DNA of 64,000 bases from positions 1,922,001-1,986,000 of the forward strand of contig CM039006.1 of assembly GCA_017499595.2 (NCBI GenBank), read 5' to 3'. The notes below the pieces were generated by a model. That model worked only from the letters and a program-made list of their open reading frames with translations, was not told the DNA's origin and searched no databases. The position numbers were made by a program, and so were the translations under genes. Source of the DNA: Psilocybe cubensis (lineage: Eukaryota). Shown in pieces: positions 54,541-64,000 of this stretch (position 1 is its first letter; each line of letters starts with the position of its first letter).

Positions 54541-56832
54541 ATGGGATCAACAACGTCAGCGCCCGAGCCCACTGCCGAATCTCCAGATTCGCAGACGAAG
54601 ATCACTCCTCAAGATATAGCTTCATCTGACGGTATCTCCGAGCTCAAACTGTCGAGAGATGGCTCTCGCGTGGTGTATACTGTCGCTCCGTTGTACAAAG
54701 CAGGCGACAACAAGGTGTCTGCGTTGTGGCTGGCTGATACCTTTGCAGATGAGAGCGCACGTCAGATTACACTGGGTGGCCATCGCAATTTCTCGCCTGC
54801 TTTTCACCCTACGTCACCTTCCCAGGTGTATTTCCTGTCCGATCGTGACGAAGCTGGAGGAGTGGCGCATCTCTATACCATCACTGTCACCGACAGAGAT
54901 AGCCTCGACACGAAGAAGATTGATGAGACGGCCACTCCCGTTGTAGAACTGGGTGATCGACAGGGAGTTTCGTTTTACTCTATCTCCCCTGACGGTCGCT
55001 TTCTTGCGTTTATTCTGGATACCAAGACGTCAAAAAAGGGAGAGAAAGAGAAGATTGAAGTGTGGAGGGAAAATGTAAACTTCAAGACGCTCAACTTGAT
55101 TGATTTGACCGATAAATCAAAGAGGTATGTTTCCTGTCTTATCCTTTTACATGTTGCCTGATGTCGATTGAGCTTCCGGAACCTGTTATCCAATCAAACC
55201 TCGCATGTCGACACGTTTTCTTGGAGTCCAGATAGCTCCTCCATTCTTTACCGTACCATCAGTCATAACGACATTGAAGCCCAAGCCGAACCCACAGAGG
55301 AATATGTGGTATCGATCAGTACCGGCGAAGTGCGCAAAGTGTTTCAATATCCTCAGCAGCCAAGGGGAGCTACAATCTGGCGAGAGAATGGAAAAATTGC
55401 CATGCTACAGGCGGCCAGCCCATCCGAGCTTATTTCTGCTACTTGTCTCTGGTCTAGGCAGTCCGTGCAGGGTGTGGGATCAGAGCGCACTGCTTATGGG
55501 GAATCGAACGACGTCAATCGCATTGGCGACCTAGGTGTGAAATCACAGTTCGCTGTGGAGGTGCACGACGGGTTGATAACCAAGCTGGATGTCTACGATG
55601 AGAATGACCAAGCGTTCACGGTCTTCCAGACATCTGTGGACTACGCCATTACTTTATGGGACATGGTTTTGACTGACGACGGGAAGTATGTGCTGGTGGT
55701 AACAAAAAGTTCGACCGTCTCAGGTGAAATAGAGAATGTATGGTCGGGAGTTGGTGAACCCGGCAAGGATTGCGTTCTTTCGAAAAAATTATCATCGCAC
55801 AATGCTTGGTTCGACACAAAGACGCCTCCTGATGGAGACGCTTTCTACTGGACAGCATCCGATGGAGAAAAGATGGAGGGCGTGATCAACTATCCCAAAG
55901 GTGTCGAGCTCAAAAACTTACCGACAATAATTGTTGCGCATGGTGGTCCAAGCTCGTGAATTATTCCTTTTCAAACATCTACCGTCTGAATGTTTGCTCA
56001 CAATCTTCACAGGCGCGATACTCTGGGGTTGGGCTTCAGTGAGTTCGCTCAACCTATCTCCTTTCTTGTCGTCCAATACTTCTCCCTCTAGCATGTTCAA
56101 GGTGGCGTCCATACCTGGCTTCCCATGGCTATCTTGTACTTTCTCCAAACTACCGCGGCAGTGAGTCGTTTAATATGACTTCGCTTTTCACCACCCACAA
56201 TTCCAAAAACAGGTACTGGGCGTGGAGACAAGTTCACCATGGCCGCAAATGGTGGCGTCGGTGGGATAGAATGGACAGACATCGAAGAAATGATTCAAGA
56301 AGGAATATCGCGAGGGATAGTCGACCCTAATCGCATTGGAATCGCTGGATACAGCCAAGGCGGGTTCCTCAGTGCATGGGGAGTCACAAGGCCGAACAAT
56401 AATTTCAAGGCGGGCGTAATTGGCGCCGGAGTGACCGAGTGGGGTATGCTGGCTGCGACGTCTGATATGCCGGACGTTGAGGTATGTCTGCACTATCCCT
56501 AGTGGTCGGACGAAGCTTAACCACTTCTTTAGGCTGCACTTGGAGGCTCTGGACCTTGGACTCCTGGAAAGCCGACTTATCTAAAAGGAAGCCCGCTGAA
56601 AGACGCACAATATGCCAAGGCTCCTATCTTATTTTTGCATGGAAAGAACGACGCTAGGGTTCCCCTCACGCAAGCTATTGGGCTTCTACGTGGTATTGAG
56701 AGGGAAGGGAAAACAACAATACCTCCACAGCTCGTAGTGTATCCGCGGGAAGACCATGGGTTTGAGGAGCGCGGAAACGCGGAGGACATATTGAAAAGGG
56801 TTCTTGATTTTCTCGACAAATACGTCAAGTAA
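54541..56832 (+). CDS. S9 family serine peptidase (dipeptidyl/acylaminoacyl peptidase; beta-propeller plus alpha/beta hydrolase)
   Basis: SPDG-type propeller repeats, HGGP, PNYRGS, GYSQGG nucleophile, HGKNDARV (Asp), REDHGF (His). Confidence 0.9.
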
Positions 56833-56976
56833 ACACGTGAAGCTTCGTCAGTACAGTATATATCTCGAAAAAACAAACAACCCGTATCTCTCTGATATTT
56901 TCAACCTGCATTTTCGAAGCGAAAAGAGTCTTTGGAAGAGACCTCTTGGCTTTTTTTTCTTTCACCCCGCGCCGAA

Positions 56977-59900
56977 TTAGTGGCGTTCCGCCAGCCATTT
57001 CTTCAGATCTTCCGTGGATCTCTATTCGTCAACATAAGAGTCAGTACAGCTGTGGGATGACTATAATATTTTATTTCTCTTGCCTCAACGTATACTGCTC
57101 TGGCGTGGATATTGTCGAGTGCCTGCGCGAGTGCCTGATTATACTTGGAAGTATCCTTGTCCTGTAGTGAAGTGTTGAATACCCCCAAAACAACAGCTTA
57201 ATGATCAAACGTTACTTTGTAGAAGGCTTTGATCTTGGCGAAATCCTCCTTGGTAGAGTAAAAAGACGTGACACGCTGGGTTTATACGTTGTGCCTTTGA
57301 ACAGAAGTTTCTCGCGAGAAAATGCTGAGCCCACTCACAGGAATCAAATAACTGAGCATGAAGTTCCCTTCGAATCGTTTATACATCTACAGACCAAGTC
57401 AGGTACTTCTACCCTCAGTGTGGAATAAAAGGGCTTACCGCATCATAATTATCCTCCCAGAACTTGGTTAGAGGTCTACGAGCATTGAAATTTGACGCCA
57501 GAGCAGAGAAAAATGTCCCAACATCTTGATCTCTCGCTTTATTCACAATGAAGTCGAAAGTCGCATTGATCAAAGATTCTTCCTTAACACTGCACATGGC
57601 ATGGCTATCGATCTATGATAAACATTTGACAAAATGACAATGAAATTTAAGGACTTACATAGCAGATTGCTGCTCGCTCGGTGTTTTTGGTTTTTCGTAG
57701 ATCCTGGCCATAACGTCATAGACCTCTCTTCCTCCGTATCGGCAAGCCTTATTAAATTTGTTCGGTTAATGCGAATTAACATGATCATAAAGTAATCTTA
57801 CTGCCAAATACACAACACCCTCTAGATCTGCCGGTATAGAGTTGTCTCCAGTGTCTTGATAGCGTTTGAACAGTCCTTGAAGTCGCTCAGTGACACTTCA
57901 ATAAATGTCACTGTCTCATCATAAGTCAGGTACCAAACTACAACGTACCTTTGGTCTTCTGCATGGAAGGCTTGTTCGATAGCCAGAGTTCTTAACAACG
58001 AGTCATCGATTGGTTCTCCCACGGGATAGTCATATCCTAATCGATCCACTATGGGGACAAAAAGAGACTAACAAAAGAAATGCGCCCAATTTAAGTTTAA
58101 ACCACAGCTAAACCCAGAAATTTGTCAACTTACGCGACAGAACGCATCAAATTTGCCTGAAATATCAGGATACTCCCACCAGACACTCCGGATATCAGTA
58201 AGACTTCCGGCGCTTGCCTGCCACACAAGGTCTATTTTGGATGGTAAGAGCTGATAAAATTGTCACAAGTATAGAAAGACTTACATTCCGTTTCGTTTCT
58301 CAGCTGTTCTACCAATGACAACGAACTGCTGATGTTAGCGAAGCCAGCTCTGGACAAAGCCATCGTGTCATAGACTAATCCAATTCTATCTTCCAAAGAA
58401 AATATCGTATCGCGTTTTGCAGCCTCGGCGCCAATCAGCTTCAGACGCTCTGGGGTATAGAAGACTCGATCTATGTGTATCGAAGCAAGACACCATCAGC
58501 AAAATCGTACGCTGTTCGGAGCAACGTTGACTCACAAACACCGTTGGTACCTGCATTTAGTTTGAAAGGTTTGGTGGTATCCAATGGGAAGTGTTGTTCA
58601 CGTTTGCGTAACACTGGTTCATTGTCGACAATTGCTTTCCCATCCTTGATCGATAAGATATTCAAGGGTATGTTCCTATGGTCAGACCAGATTAACCAAA
58701 ATTAAAGGCATTCCTAGTATTATAATTACCATATGGTTTGATTCTGCTTTTCGGATGGATTACCTGTTTCTAAAAAGCGATCCTGACGCACATTGATACC
58801 TTCTGCGTTCTCAGTCACAGTTAATACAGGAAAGCCAATCTTGGTGATCCAATTTTCCATCAAGTCGGCAATGTCGAGTCCAGTCGCTTGGCTGATTCCA
58901 TCCCACAAGTCACGGGTGACACTGTTTTGAAAGAGCTTCTTTTTGAGGTAAATAGACACTCCTTTCAGGAATTTCTCCTCCCCGACGTAGTGAGCAAGCA
59001 TTCGAAGCACTGGCGTTGATTCTCAGTTGTGTGCAGGCTTGAAAAACCGAAGATTTCTCACCAGAGCCAGCCTTGGAGTATGAAAGGTCATCGAAGATCT
59101 GTCGCGCACAGAGTCAGACTCTACAGAGTACGGAAGCCAAGTCTATGAGGTCAAGTACCTGATTGATATTATTAGCATCCGGACAGTCAACTTCGACTGG
59201 GTGGGAGGAGATCTTTGAGTCCAACTTGAGTGCTTGATTTAGATGGTCGGTTATGAATTCGGAGTTAACGCGCCATTCAGGATATACTCTGTAATCCGAT
59301 TTGTAAGTTATTCATCCTTGAATTGACTAAACTGATTACCTGTCTGGAATGATCACTTCACCCATCTGAAAGGGGATTAGCGAGGTTACAACAATCCTGC
59401 GATGAACCCTAGCCCCGGAAGACGCTCACCAAAGTGGCAACTGAATCGAGTTATCAGCTGACCGTTGTAACAAAACTGAAGAAGGCGACATACCCTCGTT
59501 GAGATAAAGATTATTCCACCATTCCATCGTTGTGATGTTCCCGAACCTGTGATATTGAGAATTATGTAAAAATGGTTCGAAAGGGCTTTGTTGTGAACTT
59601 ACCACATGTGAGATACCTCATGGCTTTGCATAGCCACCACTCCCTTCTTCGTTCTGATATCTGGTCGTTCAGGATCGAGCAAGAGTCCACTTGTTCGTCC
59701 AGTAATCAGCCCCCAGTTTTCCATAGCGCCAGCGTCAAAATCGCTGACCTGATGATTATTCACAATAAGCATATCAGCTGCGATGAACTTTGGGAAAGAC
59801 CACGCACCACAAGAGTATCGAGTTTGGGGAGCGGATACTTGACATCAAATATCTTCTCGTAGAGGGGCAGAACAGCCGCCTTTACATCGAGCGCATACTG

Positions 59901-60926
59901 TGCTTGGTGAACAATGTCAGGGGTAGCTAAATTTCACTTGGATCAATGAGCTGGACGATATACGATGCCAATTCGTTCACCATAAACACGTAGAGGAATG
60001 GTCTTCCCGCTGACGGGCATAACGACTGAGGTCTCTAAGAACTTGAATGGGCCATTTGCCATTGCCACAATATACGTCGACATCGGTGGTGAAGTCTCGA
60101 ATTTGGTTATCTTCCAATTTTCGTTTCGAATGGGCCCAAGGATAAAGTTGGATATGTCAGACGACTCGGACATGATGGTACTCTCACTGATCGGCTCTTC
60201 AAAAACCACGGACATGTTGCTCAGGTTTACTGTATCTGCCCGTGATATCATTGTGATGGAATATGTTGCTTTTAGGAGGGGTTCGTCCCAGCACGGAAAA
60301 GCGCGACGAGCCGCCGTGGGCTTCAAAGAAAAACAGATCATTGATCCAAAGATAGAGTACGAGTTTTCGAAAAAGTTCGCACCTCAAATTGAGTGAGAGC
60401 ATAGTACTCAGTTTTTCCCTCATTTTGCCATGACGATCGATAATACCCTGCCATGTTCCCGGTAAGCTTGCCGGCAAAGTAAATCCTCAGTTCGACTTGA
60501 GACCCTGCCAAAAGCTTGTCTGGTGGGCTGAACGTTGCACGTTCCTTTGTTTTATCCACTGAGATAGTAGCATTCTGGAGTTTCTTTGATCCATCAAAGT
60601 AGATGAACCTTGTAGTAAAAAGGTAGTTGATCAATAGGCTATAGACCCGGCATGTTCAAAGGAGATGACTTACGCCTTCCTGAGATCCAGATCTTCAGAT
60701 GCGTTCAGAACAATGGCAAAAGTTTCGTTTTTGACTTCCAAGCTGCGCATGCATATCAATAAGGTAGAAGTTTTTGGCAGGAAAAACACTTGACATGCCT
60801 GATCTTAACATAACCCTCGAACGTGAGTTCCTTCAGATCAGTCTTGACAGTGATATCGTAGTGATTGGGCTTGACGTTAGTAGGCAAGCGGTACTCATCG
60901 TCATCTACGGAACCATAGAGAGTCAT
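56977..60926 (-). CDS. M1 family zinc aminopeptidase (puromycin-sensitive/Ape2-like), multi-exon
   Basis: YRLPTNVKPNHYD start, TQFEPTAARRAFPCWDEP, GAMENWG, HEVSH, YSKAG, ERAP1-like C-terminus ending KKWLAERH*. Confidence 0.9.
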
Positions 60927-61597
60927 CGTAAAATCGCTTGAATGAGTTGAGCGTTATCGATTTGGATGATTTGAAGGAAGGCGAAAGGCATGTTATATAT
61001 ACTTACGGCGAAAGCCATCATAACCCCCCATGTGCTGGTTTCGCAACCTTGCAAATAGTACACGCTATCTTTTTTTGTTGGAAGGATGACGTAGAAAATT
61101 CGGCACCGAGACGAACTCATGTTGCAGACTGTAAAACGTTCCAAGTCCTTAAAAGTTTATTTGAACTGCAGCGTACAGAAAGACATGAACCAGTGGCAGT
61201 CAGGTCCGGGTACAAACGAGATTACTAAGCATCGGCACAGATTGACTGCCGTGTCGGACCCCGAAATCAACTTTCAACTTGAGAAACGCTGCTCTGGCCC
61301 AGGCTGCCCAGCCCGCAAAACGTGGGAATTATGAAAGTCGTTAGACCGCGGTGACTCAGAATTTGCAGTGACTCGTCTGGCTAGCACAGGAAAAGCTCAA
61401 GTTTATGTTGCGCCACATTTTACCACTGGATGTGAGTCAAACTTGACACATTTAATATTATTATAGCGCGTTTCGCGCTGTAGATATAACCATATACATG
61501 CCGACGTCGATACAGAAATCACAAAATTAGTTTTTTGGTTTATAAAATAATAAGTTTCCATGATAATTCATACTATGCTGACTCGTTGAAGTCAAAT

Positions 61598-63893
61598 TTA
61601 CAATGCCCTGCGAGGAGTGGCAACAACGGGAAGCGGGCCTTTAACAGTGATAAAGAAGTCCTGCAAGTCATCTATCCACTTCGTCGGATTGTAACCTTCT
61701 GCGAATTTGAGTTCGGTTCGTTGTATCATCAGGCAAACCACCATGCGCATTTCCTGGTACGCCAAATTCTTTCCGGCACAGTTCGCGGGGCCCATCGAAA
61801 AGGGTATGAACATGTTGGCGTTGTGAATATATTCTGCCGAGTCGTTGAAAATTTGAGGCTCAAGCTCCTTTCGCACGTTCTCGGGCATCCAACGTTCCGG
61901 AATGAATGCATCAGGGGCGGGAGAGAAGTTACGGGGGTCACGGTGTAGAGTGTATATTGGAACAATAGCGGTGGTTCCCTCTGGAGCGAAGCTAAGAAAG
62001 TTAAAGAGAGTTGAGCATGGAAGTGCATTATCAAAAAAGAAAAAATCCTACTGAGGCCCGAGCATCCTCCCGCTTGTATCTCTACGGTTAGATCCTGTAA
62101 GAACTGGTGGGAATAATCGTAATGATTCATTTCTTCCGATATCAAAGCTATCAGGAAATGAAAACTTGACTTTATATGAAAAGCAAACTCACATAACAGC
62201 ATTGAGGTAAGGTAAATGCGCTTGCTTGCTAGAGTCCATTATGTCATTTCCAAGCCCGTCCACTTCAGCTTGTAGACGTTTATAGATGGTAGGATTGCAT
62301 ATCAGGAAGTAGAATATGTGCGCAAGGGCAGTAGCAGTGGTGTCGGAGCCTGCAATAATTGCCAAACCACCTGTAATACAAAGCTGAATAAAGAGAACAT
62401 CGAAAAGCAGATTAAAAATTCTGACCATCGCTCACAATCTCAGCTACAGTTGGACGTTCCGAAGCTACACCGTCCTCATCAATCTGTGTGCAGTTAGACC
62501 CGGAAGCATTACGATATTGCGAACGGGAAATGGACTTACCAAATGGTGGAAGATATCTTTATGAGTTGAGCCTTGGGTTCTTCTCATTGCAGCTTTTCTT
62601 CTGGCATAGTTTCGGAATTCTTTAAGATCGCCCAACCCAAAAGGGAGTCTAAACAAAATGCCGGCTAGCCAAGGTACGTGACTCATGAATGTTGCGCTTC
62701 TATAACAATAAATAAGTTTTGAACGATGATATGAACAAAAGAGTGAAGCTCACTGCTGAGATGCTTCAATCATATGCCAAAGATTTTGTTCATCTGCTTG
62801 TGCTTTCATCATCTCTGATCCTCCACCAAACCTGCGGAGGTTATTAGCGCCAAAATAGGGTTGATTGAATAAGGTATCCTCTTACGCCAAATCACTCATA
62901 ATGTCATATCTATAACAAAGAGTTAGGCTGATGTGTAGGTGCAAGAACATAAACAAGCGCTCACGCAAAATAAGAAGTAAAATCAGTAAAATTCCCAGCA
63001 CCCTTCTGTGACAAAACCAAGTCAACGAGCTGACTGGACCTTTTGATGACGGTCTCTTCATATCCTTTGAGGGCGTTTGTGCTGAAGGCCCTTGTCCAAG
63101 GTCGTCGGCGCCTAGCGTGTTCCTGCTTATCGTTGATGGCGATTAACGGCTTCACAGGTTGATTAGGGGGTACTCGTCCATCCCAAACTAAACAAAAGAA
63201 CAGGCTAAATATTTTGTCACGAATAATCCCCGTTTTTAATTCAACTTACATGGTCCTTTGGCGAGTCCCGTTGCTCCTAATGTCGGCTGTACAGAGTGCG
63301 GATCAATGATCGACAACTCATTTGGGCCTAAAATCTGGCATCAACATTTTCGCTCGAGTGTTGAAGAGAAATTGCAACGCGAACGAACCGACTCTCACGA
63401 CATCACCGTACTGTGCGTGAAGCTTGGAATATAACGTATACTGTTTTCCCGAGGTTGACATAAAGGCACCGTATAATTTGGTTACTCGGCAAAGGAGTGG
63501 CCCTGGATATTTGGCCAGAGGATGCCAGGGAGAAAGTCGATAAGCTACAAGCGAAGCCAGAATACTTCCCCAGAAAAGGGGGAAAATCGTAAGCACCGCC
63601 GTCCAGAGCGTGCTTGCGTGAGGTAGGTAAAGGGAGGTAAGGCCCGAAGGGACTCCCAGAAGTAGGGTGAACACTACAAGTGGCTCGTAGGATTCATACT
63701 TCTTGAAAGTGAGATGCACAGCCTGAAAAATGGTCAAATGGTTGACAATGATGATGCTGGAGTCGAAAGATGTGCGACTTACAATGCCTATACCAACCGC
63801 CGCTAAAAGAGCGTCTGTGCGGGACAGTTGGGCCTTGGTAGCAAGGTTCTGCGGTATCTCGTAGAACGAATGATCAGTGATGTTCGACATCAT
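61598..63893 (-). CDS. Cytochrome P450 monooxygenase, multi-exon
   Basis: N-terminal TM segments, HPLAKYPGP, AGSDTT, ESLR, PERW, heme motif PFSMGPANCAG. Confidence 0.93.
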
Positions 63894-64000
63894 GAAACAG
63901 AGGCCTGATGGTGGAACGGCACAAACTTAGTGCTTTAAAAGAATGTCGGCTCCAGTGTGTCCAAAATTATTATCCCAAAGTTGTCCCAAGTTGCTTCTTC

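Noticed and set aside
44504-63893. Secondary-metabolite gene cluster (P450, dehydrogenase, peptidases, carrier)
   Set aside because: No backbone enzyme (PKS, NRPS, terpene synthase) in the window, and most genes look like housekeeping functions; cannot be excluded beyond the right edge.

Overview
Fungal (Agaricomycete-type: short GT-AG introns, CT-rich promoters) genomic DNA. The first 40 kb is a nest of transposons. (i) The 5' end of a minus-strand Ty3/Gypsy element (copy A, 1-4863) sits 19 bp upstream of the intact 1763-aa polyprotein of a Ty1/Copia element (4864-10596). (ii) A complete KDZ (Kyakuja-Dileera-Zisupton) DNA transposon spans 12869-40030, with 318-bp TIRs and a 7-bp TSD GTTACAA (about 15.7 kb without its nested insert). 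It carries a CxC/KDZ transposase, a TET/JBP dioxygenase, a Zn2Cys6-like protein, an HMG-like protein and two unknown genes, and it is inserted in a host XPA-C-like gene. (iii) A full-length second copy of the same Gypsy element (copy B, 23901-35382) interrupts the KDZ transposase. The last 24 kb is host sequence: two more XPA-C-like paralogs, a polyol dehydrogenase, a hAT-type MITE, a tandem beta-trefoil-like pair, a mitochondrial carrier between two identical inverted tRNA-Asp genes, an S9 peptidase, an M1 aminopeptidase and a cytochrome P450. Best leads: the Copia LTR holds an intron-containing segment followed by its exact spliced copy (a possible way to keep introns through reverse transcription); a CGGCGGA motif is enriched across the KDZ element that also encodes a Zn-cluster protein and TET (possible self-targeted anti-silencing); and the Gypsy gag-PR and pol ORFs are in frame across a single UGA-CUA stop. 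All alignments and counts were done by eye.
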